From an uncultured Verrucomicrobiota bacterium (lineage in GTDB: Bacteria; Verrucomicrobiota; Kiritimatiellia; JAAZAB01): DNA of 64,000 bases. The translations under genes and the position numbers were made by a program. The notes under the pieces are model-generated. The model worked only from the letters and a program-made list of their open reading frames with translations, made no database searches and had not been told where the DNA came from. Positions 50,555 to 59,802 of the stretch are shown here, piece after piece (position 1 is the stretch's first letter; every line of letters begins with the position of its first letter). The stretch is from assembly GCA_964475405.1 (NCBI GenBank), contig CAYYWX010000007.1, positions 17,280 through 81,279 of the forward strand, read 5' to 3'.

Positions 50555-51949
50555 TTAGGGGGCATACATGCACTTTAACCCGTCAATTTGCTTCTCACCG
50601 CGGCTTGCCAGATCATCGGCCGCGCTCCGGACCAGCATTCTAAGGTCACGCAGTCGTTCTTCATGACCTGCCGACAAGTTTTCATCTTGATAACGTTTTA
50701 ATACCTCAGACGCATGTCCAACAACACCTTTCCAGAAGCCGAGCCATGCGCTTCGTTCACGGGTTGTCGAGCTCCCGCTCGTTCCGGCTCTTAAGTTCCA
50801 ACTCGGTTCTGAGTCTGTTCGGTCGTGTCTTGGATCCAGGCGAGTACCCAGCAGTGAGGGCTGGTTCTTCTGATTCTGGCAAAACAACTCCATTGCCCGT
50901 ATTGCCGACTCCAGGTCGTTGCCGCGACAGTAAGAGCTTATCCGCAACCTGGCCAACTCATCATTTCGGCAGCCCAACGCCCAGGCATTCTCACACGCAC
51001 TCTGTACAATCCAAGATAGATTGTGGGCTGATGCCCATTTAGCTTCTTGAAAGTATTGTTCAGCTTCGGCCTTGGGATCCCATTCGGATTTTGTAGGTGT
51101 CTTGTTCAAGGCGCCCATAACACGGACTGCAAGATTATTGACCAGAGCAGGTAAATCATCCTTTCTTCCCGCCGCTTTGATCTCTATCTTCCCCTTGTCC
51201 TGCGGCAACCGAAGCCGGAGTGAAACATTTATCTCAGCCTCAGATCCGAATACAGTTTTCCCGTCTATCCTCCCGTCCAGTAAATAACTGCCGGTCCAGA
51301 ATGGATTATCCTTTTCAAGTTCCAGGTCTTTTTCCCGGGTCAGTTGCTCCATTCGCCAGCGCTCAAGCACAAAGATATCCCTCTCGCGAATCAGCCGGTG
51401 CGCCAGCAGGATGCTTAATTCCTGCTCCAAATTTCTTGTTTCTGGCGTATCTATTGAAGAGTAGAGATTAAAGATGGATATAGGAATTCCATCCTTAGCC
51501 GCGACCGTGAGCTTCGGCAACAAAGGCACAAAACGTTTTGTTGCCAGCTTACTCCACGCCTCCGGATCCGGAACCGGGAGAGGACTATGCGCGATGCCAA
51601 GAACGACTCCGGGATTGACTGCCACAAGCCGGGCGCTTACCGCCTTCTTCCCTTCAATTTCAACTGGTTCCAGGATAAGCAGCCCGTCGGCCTTCAGCAG
51701 ACGACCGAGCTTCAGATAGTCGCTTGCGCTCCTCTCGGCCGAAAGAGAAAGCTCCCGCAGTACTTTCTGGATTTCACCGCGCTCAACCAGAATAACATCC
51801 GTTGATCTTGAAAGTTCGACAGCAAGAAGATCCGTGAGTCCGGCAGCGTCTTCCCCGCCAACAATTCCCAAGCGCGGTTTTTGTTCAGCACTCCAGAGAA
51901 GACTGGCGCTGATAAACCAAAACACAAGAATGGCGGTTCTTTTCTTCAT
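50555..51949 (-). CDS. hypothetical secreted protein with an N-terminal CsgG/TolB-N-like domain
   Basis: The start is chosen at MKKRTAILVF (signal peptide). LGIVGGEDAAGLTDLLAVELSRSTDVILVERGEIQKVLRELSL matches the CsgG-like pattern. Confidence 0.45.
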   Translation of the reverse strand: MKKRTAILVFWFISASLLWSAEQKPRLGIVGGEDAAGLTDLLAVELSRSTDVILVERGEIQKVLRELSLSAERSASDYLKLGRLLKADGLLILEPVEIEGKKAVSARLVAVNPGVVLGIAHSPLPVPDPEAWSKLATKRFVPLLPKLTVAAKDGIPISIFNLYSSIDTPETRNLEQELSILLAHRLIRERDIFVLERWRMEQLTREKDLELEKDNPFWTGSYLLDGRIDGKTVFGSEAEINVSLRLRLPQDKGKIEIKAAGRKDDLPALVNNLAVRVMGALNKTPTKSEWDPKAEAEQYFQEAKWASAHNLSWIVQSACENAWALGCRNDELARLRISSYCRGNDLESAIRAMELFCQNQKNQPSLLGTRLDPRHDRTDSEPSWNLRAGTSGSSTTRERSAWLGFWKGVVGHASEVLKRYQDENLSAGHEERLRDLRMLVRSAADDLASRGEKQIDGLKCMYAP

Positions 51950-51980
51950 CTCCGGCAAGAAGGCACGACAGATTAAACGC

Positions 51981-52937
51981 CTATTTCTGCGCCAGTTTCG
52001 GCAATAGGCGTTCGGCAATGTCAGCGGCGGCTTTTTGCAAGGCGGATTTACCGGCGATCTGCTCGGTAAGGTCCACGACCACGGCCGTCTGACGGTCCGT
52101 GGCGATTACTTTATCCGTCTGACGATCAACGGCTTTGATCTCCAACCGTGCCTTGACGCTGACTAGGTTTCCATGGCGCATGGCAAACTCGCTGAATCCT
52201 TCTCCCGTCAGGATAATATCGGCTTTCTTGGAATCTGCCGCTTTATCCAGGACATCAAACCCCGTTTCTTTGCAGAATAGTGTCAGTTCCGTTTCCGCCG
52301 CGGGATCAATGGTGGCCTGGCCGACATGGCGTTCATTCACATTAATTGCCACGACGGGTCGCTTGGCATCGCCCAACTGTTTTTTCAAGGCGGCAATACG
52401 GTCTTCCATCTTGATCTCTTTGGCAACAAGCTTATTGGCCTCTTTGTTAATTATTATCCCCACTTTCTTGCCGAGCTCTTCAACCAGCGGTGCAAATTCG
52501 TCGCTGGTTTTTCCCTTAACCGATTCGCCAAGCACACGGCTGGTTTCCGTTCCGATGATCTTGGCCACCAGATAGAGGGTCTTATCCGTCTCGATTATGG
52601 ACCCGGTGATAAGAATCTTGGCGCCGGTAAGTTGGCCGATTTGCACGGCTTTGTCCGGCGTAACGGCGCCGGACAGATTCAGTTCGTGCTCCTCCAGTGT
52701 CTTTTTCAGGTCCTGACGATCCACCAGGACGAGACTAGGATTGGCGGCAAGTGTAGCAAACAGAATGTCACTTGCTTTCTGACCATAGCCTTTCACATCC
52801 ATGCCGCGCTCTTCAAACGCAAAGACAGCCGTTGGATATACCGCCTGTGTTTCCTCGGCTGTTGCCGGTTGCGAAATTCCACAAACAATTCCTGCCACCA
52901 ATATTCCCAGCCCGGATAATTTTACCATTGCATTCAT
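51981..52937 (-). CDS. CsgG/TolB-N-like lipoprotein (two tandem domains)
   Basis: The start at MNAMVKLSG has a GAGGA RBS. VFAFEERG...DILFATLAANPSLVLVDRQDLKKTLEEHELNLSG...IGQLTGAKILITGSI fits the CsgG family N-terminal block. Confidence 0.45.
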   Translation of the reverse strand: MNAMVKLSGLGILVAGIVCGISQPATAEETQAVYPTAVFAFEERGMDVKGYGQKASDILFATLAANPSLVLVDRQDLKKTLEEHELNLSGAVTPDKAVQIGQLTGAKILITGSIIETDKTLYLVAKIIGTETSRVLGESVKGKTSDEFAPLVEELGKKVGIIINKEANKLVAKEIKMEDRIAALKKQLGDAKRPVVAINVNERHVGQATIDPAAETELTLFCKETGFDVLDKAADSKKADIILTGEGFSEFAMRHGNLVSVKARLEIKAVDRQTDKVIATDRQTAVVVDLTEQIAGKSALQKAAADIAERLLPKLAQK

Positions 52938-53028
52938 CTTGTATTTCCTCTTTTTGTGTTGCCGCTTTTTGCGGTCCAATTTAAACCAATATCTTTCCTG
53001 TCCTCCGACATTTGATTCCTGCCGCAAG

Positions 53029-54021
53029 TCACCGATCCGCCATATACTCCAGTATTTTCGCAAACAAAAATCGCGGGGTCGGCCCCGATTGCCATTTTTC
53101 CATAATCGCGAAGCCGCACACAACGAGTTTGCCATTTTTCCCCCAGAAGCACATCTCAAGCCAGAGCCACCCCTCTGCGCCTTTCATGATATCGGCAGCC
53201 ACCGCTCCCCGTTCACCCATTAATTTCAAGCCGCTGGCCACGGACTTGCCGTCCGGCGGCCAAGCCTTCGTGTCCAACCGTTTGTCCAAAAACTTGATGA
53301 TGTCGCCGCGCCTGAAAGTCAGGATGTCCGGTTCAGACGCGCCTTCGGCGCCGGCAATGGCTATTTCTCCACCGTTCGGCGCCAGGCAAAGAACAGATAC
53401 CCCGGCGGCCGCCATTTTCATCATCATTTCCGGCAACACCCGGTAATCCTTGAATGAAACGCCTTCACCGATAATTACTACTCCGTTTGTAATTGCCGCC
53501 AGCGCATCAACATTTTCCACCGTTTTGCACATAATTCCGGCTGATGTAAATATTGCGCTCGTCTTTTTTACCGGATCAAAAAGATTTATATTCACCCGTT
53601 CAAGCCACTGTTTCCGGTCGTAAAAAGGATTCTCTGGAAATACCCAGATCGGATTTGCCGCACCGGCTGAAGATTCCAGCGCGCCTTCGCGAATGACGGA
53701 AACCGACAAACTTGCTTCCACCACGACCCCCGGCTTCACCTCGGGAATCGGAAGGCGGATTTCAACTGTTTCCATTATACCCGGCCTGGTATTTACTCCG
53801 CGCTCGCCGCGCGCAATCGTGAGGTTACCTTCGAAAAACCGCCATTCCAGACGGCCCGCAAAACTTTCCGTGGTCAATATCCCGGCATGAAACACTGCTT
53901 CCTTCCCGCCAAACACGCAGGCCCATTGTTCCTGGATGTTTATAGAAACCGGCAACTCAGCGGCAAAGGCCATGTTTGCAATGCCGACCGCAAGGCAAAT
54001 CAAACCAATCGCTTTACTCAT
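53029..54021 (-). CDS. hypothetical secreted protein
   Basis: It has a signal peptide and is 330 aa. It overlaps the upstream anti-sigma gene by 4 nt. Confidence 0.4.
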   Translation of the reverse strand: MSKAIGLICLAVGIANMAFAAELPVSINIQEQWACVFGGKEAVFHAGILTTESFAGRLEWRFFEGNLTIARGERGVNTRPGIMETVEIRLPIPEVKPGVVVEASLSVSVIREGALESSAGAANPIWVFPENPFYDRKQWLERVNINLFDPVKKTSAIFTSAGIMCKTVENVDALAAITNGVVIIGEGVSFKDYRVLPEMMMKMAAAGVSVLCLAPNGGEIAIAGAEGASEPDILTFRRGDIIKFLDKRLDTKAWPPDGKSVASGLKLMGERGAVAADIMKGAEGWLWLEMCFWGKNGKLVVCGFAIMEKWQSGPTPRFLFAKILEYMADR

Positions 54022-54800
54022 GATGCTTTCCCCAGTAATACAACTGTTTGGAAAACGCGATATTCAACATCCCCGGACCGCATCTCCAGAACCTCCGCGG
54101 GCTTGCCAAGGTCCATCAAGCTGCTTGTTCGGGACGCTACCCGCATGGGCGTATCCAGCGACAAGCCGGTGTCGACCGCAACCTTGCCGTCCGCAAGCGG
54201 GTAGACCCACAAGTCCAGCTTGTTTTTGTCGTGGCAACCAGGTGCGATTTCCACCAACTCCTCGCGATGCAATAGGACATCCATGCTCCAGGCCGGCCGC
54301 CAGGCTTTCTCCCCTGATTTCCGGGAAACAACAGTTAAGCGATATTGCATTGGCGCAGAATCTTTCGCAGGGCCTCCGGGGATCGGTTCCACGCCTAAGT
54401 CCACATCGCCATTAGACTGGGCGACCCAGCGGAGTTGATCCGTAAACATTCGCTCCATTTCGCCAAAGAGCTTCCATCCGCCTTCCATTTGCTTGCCGGT
54501 AATACCGACCGGAACAGAAGCAAAGTCGTCCGCCGAACCGCCGGTCGGGGAAGGCATATATCGGATAAAATAGAAAAGGAAAATAACTGCGGCCGCCAAG
54601 GATGCGGCATAAGCAAACTTGGCCCGGAAAGACATCTGCGCCGATCTGATTTCTTCTGAAGCCAGGAGCCTTTGACGGGACGCTTCGGCGGATATACGCA
54701 TCGCCAGAAGTCGTAAATCCTCTTTTGACCGTTCTTTTCCCGTGGCCCATTTTTGAAGAATTGTGTTCAATTTGTCCTTCATAATGTCATATTTCTCCAA
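54018..54800 (-). CDS. putative anti-sigma factor (single-pass membrane protein)
   Basis: It lies immediately downstream of the ECF sigma gene. It has a cytoplasmic N-terminus, one TM segment (AASLAAAVIFLFYFI) and a periplasmic C-terminal domain. Confidence 0.5.
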   Translation of the reverse strand: MEKYDIMKDKLNTILQKWATGKERSKEDLRLLAMRISAEASRQRLLASEEIRSAQMSFRAKFAYAASLAAAVIFLFYFIRYMPSPTGGSADDFASVPVGITGKQMEGGWKLFGEMERMFTDQLRWVAQSNGDVDLGVEPIPGGPAKDSAPMQYRLTVVSRKSGEKAWRPAWSMDVLLHREELVEIAPGCHDKNKLDLWVYPLADGKVAVDTGLSLDTPMRVASRTSSLMDLGKPAEVLEMRSGDVEYRVFQTVVLLGKAS

Positions 54801-54823
54801 CGTTCTTCCGGTTTCCCCGTGAA

Positions 54824-55375
54824 TTAAACCAAGTGCCCGGCCAGCCTGCTCTCCAGTATTTTTCTTGCCTTATGCAGACGCCAATACATCGTAGCCGTGA
54901 GGCAGTTCTCCATTTGTGCGGCCTCCTGCACGTTCATTCCCTGAATTGCCGTCAGCACGATGGCCGACCGCAATGAAGGCGAAAGCGCCGCCAGCGCTTT
55001 TCCAACATCAAAATCAAACTCCCGTGCCATCATTGCGCCGGCAGGGCAGACGGCACTATCCATTTCGTCCGGCAAATCGCCCGGATAGTCAACCGGGTTG
55101 CGCTTGTTCTTTCTCAGAAAATCTTTTGCCGCATTCATGGCAATCCGATACAGCCAAGTGGTAAACTGCGCCTTTTGCTGAAATTTTGCCAGACTATCCA
55201 ATACCTTCAAAAAGACCTCCTGAGTCAGATCGTCGGTATCAGTGTTATTGAGTACCATGGGATAAATAATCGCCCTGACTTTGCCTATATGCCTGGTCAC
55301 CAGTTCGTTAAAGTGGCTGATTTCGCCTGTTTCCGTAAACCGGTCCAGTAATTGCGCATCGCTTGTTTCGCCCAT
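54824..55375 (-). CDS. ECF-subfamily RNA polymerase sigma-70 factor
   Basis: Region 2 (DLTQEVFLKV...FTTWLYRIAMNAAKD) and region 4 (IVLTAIQGMNVQEAAQMENCLTATMYWRLHKARK) are present. Confidence 0.85.
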   Translation of the reverse strand: MGETSDAQLLDRFTETGEISHFNELVTRHIGKVRAIIYPMVLNNTDTDDLTQEVFLKVLDSLAKFQQKAQFTTWLYRIAMNAAKDFLRKNKRNPVDYPGDLPDEMDSAVCPAGAMMAREFDFDVGKALAALSPSLRSAIVLTAIQGMNVQEAAQMENCLTATMYWRLHKARKILESRLAGHLV

Positions 55376-55543
55376 GAGAACTCACTTTACTATATTAGAC
55401 GTCTAAAACTTCGAAATCTTTGATTTTTTTTGGCATTAATACTTATTTTCAGACGCTAATTCTGTCCCTGCCCACGGGGAATATAAAGATTATTATTGAT
55501 GCGAATCAAAAGCAAACAGTAGATACGTCGGCTATCCAAATGG

Positions 55544-56887
55544 TCAACGCCTCAAATTTGTTCCCAGCGCTTTGGCCAGGCGGCGGATCGTGTCAACAAG
55601 CAATGTGTCGGGAGTGTTCAGGGGCGGCATCAGATAGATCACATTCCCGAGCGGCCGGACCAGGATTCCCTGCCGCCATAGAATCTTTTTTACCTCCTGC
55701 GCCCGCCGGCAGCCATCTTTCCCGGGTTCCAATTCAAGCGCGGCAATCATTCCCAGGCAACGGACGCTTTCCACGCCTTTCAACGACTTAAACGCCTTCA
55801 TTCCCGCTTCCATCAATTTTCCCTTGCGCCGCGCCCCTGCGACGATCCTGTCCCGGTCAAATATTTTCAGGACCTCAAGCGCTGTCGCGGCGGCGATCGG
55901 GTTGCCGGCAAAGGTGTGGCCGTGGTAAAATGTGTGGTCAACCGGAGAAGCATTGAACGAGGCGTAAATGTTTTCCTTTACCACCGTGGCGCTGATCGGC
56001 AGGTAACCGCCCGAGAGCGATTTGCCGAGGCAGACGATGTCCGGGTCAATCCCGGCCCGTTCAAAGGCGAACATCGCGCCCGTTCGCCCGAATCCGACCG
56101 CGATTTCGTCGGCGATCAGGAGAATTTTATTCGCACGGCAAAGCTCGGACAGTTTTCTCAGGTATTTGCCGTCATAAATCCGCATGCCGGCGGCACACTG
56201 GCAGAGCGGCTCGACGATGACCGCCGCGATTTTGGCGTGATGCTTTTCAATGAGCGCGCGCATCGGTTGGAAACACTCGCATCGGCAGGTTGACGGCGAT
56301 AAACCGAAGGAACACTTCGCGCAGAAAGGCGCGGAGGCGCGGTAGACCGGGAAGGTCAGGGGTTTGAAAGGGCGGTGGAAATGCGGCAGGAATCCGACCG
56401 AAACCGAGCCGAGCGTGTCGCCGTGGTAGGCGTTTTCAAGCGAGACCAGGCGACAGCGTCCGGGTTCACCGATGTTATGCCAATATTGGACGGCTATTTT
56501 TAGCGCCGCTTCCACGGCGCTCGAGCCGTCGCTCGCGAAAAACACGCGCCGGTTATTTCCCGGGAAAAGCCCGGAAATTTTTTCCGCCAGTTCAATGGCC
56601 GGCGGGTGGGACATATTGCCTAAAATGCTGTGCTGCAATTTTCCGGCCTGGGTTTTGATCGCCTTCACGAGGAGGGGATGGCTGTGGCCGAGATTACAGC
56701 ACCACCAGGAAGATATGGCGTCAAACCAGCGCTTGCCGTCAGTGTCAAACAAATACGATCCTTTTCCGCGCGCGATAACCGGGAAATCGTTTTTTGCCAT
56801 CGCGGAATGGCTGGAGTAGGGGTGCCATAAAAATTTACGGTCTTTTTTCCTTAATTTATCGGAGCGGTAATTCATGTTCGTTAACAT
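55544..56887 (-). CDS. bioA: adenosylmethionine-8-amino-7-oxononanoate aminotransferase
   Basis: It has a class III PLP aminotransferase fold. FLWHPYS...PVIARGKGSYLFDTDGKRWFD is typical of BioA N-termini. It is 447 aa. Confidence 0.85.
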   Translation of the reverse strand: MLTNMNYRSDKLRKKDRKFLWHPYSSHSAMAKNDFPVIARGKGSYLFDTDGKRWFDAISSWWCCNLGHSHPLLVKAIKTQAGKLQHSILGNMSHPPAIELAEKISGLFPGNNRRVFFASDGSSAVEAALKIAVQYWHNIGEPGRCRLVSLENAYHGDTLGSVSVGFLPHFHRPFKPLTFPVYRASAPFCAKCSFGLSPSTCRCECFQPMRALIEKHHAKIAAVIVEPLCQCAAGMRIYDGKYLRKLSELCRANKILLIADEIAVGFGRTGAMFAFERAGIDPDIVCLGKSLSGGYLPISATVVKENIYASFNASPVDHTFYHGHTFAGNPIAAATALEVLKIFDRDRIVAGARRKGKLMEAGMKAFKSLKGVESVRCLGMIAALELEPGKDGCRRAQEVKKILWRQGILVRPLGNVIYLMPPLNTPDTLLVDTIRRLAKALGTNLRR

Positions 56888-57084
56888 CCTATTACAGGGG
56901 TTTTACGAATCAAAGCAAAATCATCTATCCCGTAATTATCTTTGACAAACCACTGTTTGAAAGTAACATGCATGATGAAATCCATGTATTGTCAGGGATG
57001 ATAAATAACTGGCCATAAAGTATTTTTCCCTGTAATTCATGGTTTAACGAACAATCTACTATTATATGTTCGGCAAGAAATAAT

Positions 57085-57522
57085 ATGAAATTGAAAATCA
57101 TGCTTCTGATTATCGCCCTCAGTTCTGCCGGATGCGGGCGGCCGGGAGATGGGCATGAGACCGGAAGTGATAAGGCCGAGTGGAGCATCCTCCAGAATCT
57201 CGAATACAGCAACCGAGGGAAAGCGATTCGCGGAATTGAATACACGGTGCAAGACAGTTACCAAATCATCAGTTTGATGGGGACGGACGGTAGGACCAGA
57301 TTATGGATCATGATGGACCCAAAGAGTCCATCATTTTACAAACAGATACCAGGCGAGGCGAATTTCACCCTCACGACAAACCAACTTGAGGAAATCCGAC
57401 TCCGAACCAATCCGATCACTACAGTTCTTCAGGCGCTTGAATCTCATCGTCAACAAGAGAAGGACAATGCCGAACAAACTTCGGCAGGCGACGTCGCTAA
57501 CCGCGCCGCGCCTGCGAAGTAG
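57085..57522 (+). CDS. hypothetical lipoprotein
   Basis: It has a signal peptide with a lipobox (LSSAGCG). GC is ~48%. Confidence 0.45.
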   Translation: MKLKIMLLIIALSSAGCGRPGDGHETGSDKAEWSILQNLEYSNRGKAIRGIEYTVQDSYQIISLMGTDGRTRLWIMMDPKSPSFYKQIPGEANFTLTTNQLEEIRLRTNPITTVLQALESHRQQEKDNAEQTSAGDVANRAAPAK

Positions 57523-57537
57523 CGTTCGATCCAGATT

Positions 57538-57735
57538 ATGAACAGGAAACAAGATGTTGATGGACGACGAGTCAAGATCGGCGACACTGTCAGGGTCATC
57601 GGTGTTCCCAATCTGTCGGATATGGCGGAGGAATGCCGGAAGGAAACTGAGTGCGTTTTTCAGTATCTTGTCGGTAAGACCAAACGCATCCGCAATTTCA
57701 ATGAACTCGGCATGGCCGAGTTGAATTTCAGATGA
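57538..57735 (+). CDS. hypothetical small protein (65 aa)
   Basis: It is tightly spaced after the lipoprotein gene. It has a KIGDTVRVI beta-hairpin-like N-terminus. Its family is unknown. Confidence 0.3.
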   Translation: MNRKQDVDGRRVKIGDTVRVIGVPNLSDMAEECRKETECVFQYLVGKTKRIRNFNELGMAELNFR

Positions 57736-57879
57736 AACACGGCGGAAAATGGGAAATGCATTCCGTATGGATCGAGACATGCTTTCTCAGACTGGGGCAG
57801 ACCTAAAGATGGCATCGAACCCGCGGGTTCAGACTATCGCGCTCAGTCTGTCCCGACAACGTTCGGCAGGAAGGAATGA

Positions 57880-58371
57880 TTGATGATGGAAATTACTACC
57901 GTTTCCGTGTTAGGTGGTGTGATTATTGGTGTGATAGCAACTCTGTTCGTGTATCCGTTCATCCTCAAACAACGGGCAGCCAAGTTGCTTATACAATGCT
58001 CAACAACCGCAAAAGAAATCGGTGATCCACTAAGTCAGTATTTTGCGCTCCTCGTCTATGAATTGACGGCTGTATACAAGCGATTGGATGGGAAGGAAGT
58101 GGAGCAAGCAAAGGTGGAGCTAAGCGAAATACTAGCCAGTTACGCCTCGTTTGTGAAAAGCAAAAGATATAGTAGATACTCAGGAGAACAGACCGTTCTT
58201 CAGGCTATTGACGAAGCATGCAGCAAGTCAGAGACCTTACGACGGATTGTTGATGAGCGGGTCAAAAGCATCAAAGACAAGACGCTTGACCAGATGCTTA
58301 AAGAATTGGAGAACGAAGCGGCAAACCAAGCGTCGGAACCTATCCCACTATGCTCGGAGGTTCAACGCTGA
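57880..58371 (+). CDS. hypothetical membrane protein (one N-terminal TM segment)
   Basis: There is an N-terminal TM segment and a helical, charged C-terminal region. Confidence 0.4.
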   Translation: MMMEITTVSVLGGVIIGVIATLFVYPFILKQRAAKLLIQCSTTAKEIGDPLSQYFALLVYELTAVYKRLDGKEVEQAKVELSEILASYASFVKSKRYSRYSGEQTVLQAIDEACSKSETLRRIVDERVKSIKDKTLDQMLKELENEAANQASEPIPLCSEVQR

Positions 58372-58387
58372 CGTTCGGTCCCGATAA

Positions 58388-58741
58388 ATGAACACAACCA
58401 AGAAATGGATTTTGATCTGCGGATCGGTTCTTAGCGTCTGGCTTGCTGTCGTTATTGGATATGCATTCCTGTGCACCTATCTGGAGAACCATTATCCGCC
58501 TGACCAAAGGTTCGTTCAGATCCCATGTCGATTTACTCCTGTTCTTTTCTTCACCATGATTTTCCTTGGCCCCTTGGCTTTCATCACGAGTTCTGCAGGC
58601 ATTTATCTTTCGTTGCGATTCTCAACAAGGAGACTAATATTTGTCGGTGTGGCCATTGTAAATGCAGTCGGAGTTCTGGCAGCAATCGGTGACATCCTTT
58701 GGCTTGCAATCATAATCACGCATCCCTTCCCGGTGCATTGA
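58388..58741 (+). CDS. hypothetical polytopic membrane protein (4 TM)
   Basis: It is 117 aa with four hydrophobic segments. Confidence 0.4.
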   Translation: MNTTKKWILICGSVLSVWLAVVIGYAFLCTYLENHYPPDQRFVQIPCRFTPVLFFTMIFLGPLAFITSSAGIYLSLRFSTRRLIFVGVAIVNAVGVLAAIGDILWLAIIITHPFPVH

Positions 58742-58931
58742 GAAAGAACCGAACCTGCGGCTTCACTGTATCGCCGCGAAGCGCGACTCAACCTGATGTG
58801 CAATGTTCGGTAAACCAGATGAAGGAGATTATGAGTCAAGTCGTAAAATCCAGGCTTGCCGTTTTCCGACAATATCTGCAACATTCTGCATTGAAGGTCA
58901 TTGGCCAGACCAATCACACGGAGGAGGCGCA

Positions 58932-59531
58932 ATGAATCAGGAATCTGACAGTCCCGAAACAGGCTCGAAGTCGACGTGCGATCCTTCGAAGGACGACATG
59001 CGGTTTGGCTGCGGTCTGATGGCCGGCGTGGTGCTGTGTGTCGGCGGCTCCATCCTGTGTCTCGTTGAGATGTACGTGTACGACCTGTTAGATTTCAACA
59101 GGCTGTTGCCGTTGATGGGCATCCTGACGATTGTCTTTCTCGTGCCGTGGATCAAGATTATCTACCTCGCCCCGGCCTCCACAAAACTCGGCAGACGCGG
59201 CTTCAAGGTGCTCGGGAGCTCCGTCGCGGCGGCGTTCGGGAGTATGATCACCTGCATCGCGGTGGTCCTGCTTGTGAACGGTTGCGGCGACAAGAGTGTG
59301 CTCACTCGGGAAGTGCTGTGCGAAGACAAGGGGCACAGCAAGGGTAACAAGATTTCGTACTATGCGCGGATCAGGGTGCCGGACAATACGAATCGCATAA
59401 TCGATCTCAGCCTCACGAAAGAGGAATATGACGCGCTGGTGCCAGGGAAGAGCGTACTCAGCCTCGCCACGGGCAGGGGTAACTTGCGCATGGAGTGGAT
59501 CAGGAAGAAGGAAGTGGTCCGGAACCCCTGA
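58932..59531 (+). CDS. hypothetical membrane protein
   Basis: The start is MNQESD behind a GAGGAGG RBS. It has 3 TM segments followed by a soluble C-terminal domain. Confidence 0.4.
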   Translation: MNQESDSPETGSKSTCDPSKDDMRFGCGLMAGVVLCVGGSILCLVEMYVYDLLDFNRLLPLMGILTIVFLVPWIKIIYLAPASTKLGRRGFKVLGSSVAAAFGSMITCIAVVLLVNGCGDKSVLTREVLCEDKGHSKGNKISYYARIRVPDNTNRIIDLSLTKEEYDALVPGKSVLSLATGRGNLRMEWIRKKEVVRNP

Positions 59532-59802
59532 CTTCTTGCAGAAATGACCAGGCAGATCATCAACAGCACTCCTGATCTCCAAAGATAGGATCGCCGGCGT
59601 TGACGAGTCTGTTCAGACGAAGAAGGATAGAGGCGCGGTGGTGTGCCGTCCGTGCCGAACACGCCGCTGCCCGGTACGGCTCGTGCACTCGCCGCCCGAG
59701 AGCGCATCGTTCGCTCCTGAAAAGAAATTCTTGCTATACACATCCGATGCTGATTAAGATTGGGTTGCTTGATGAATGCTGGCGCACTCGGCGGACAGAC
59801 CC

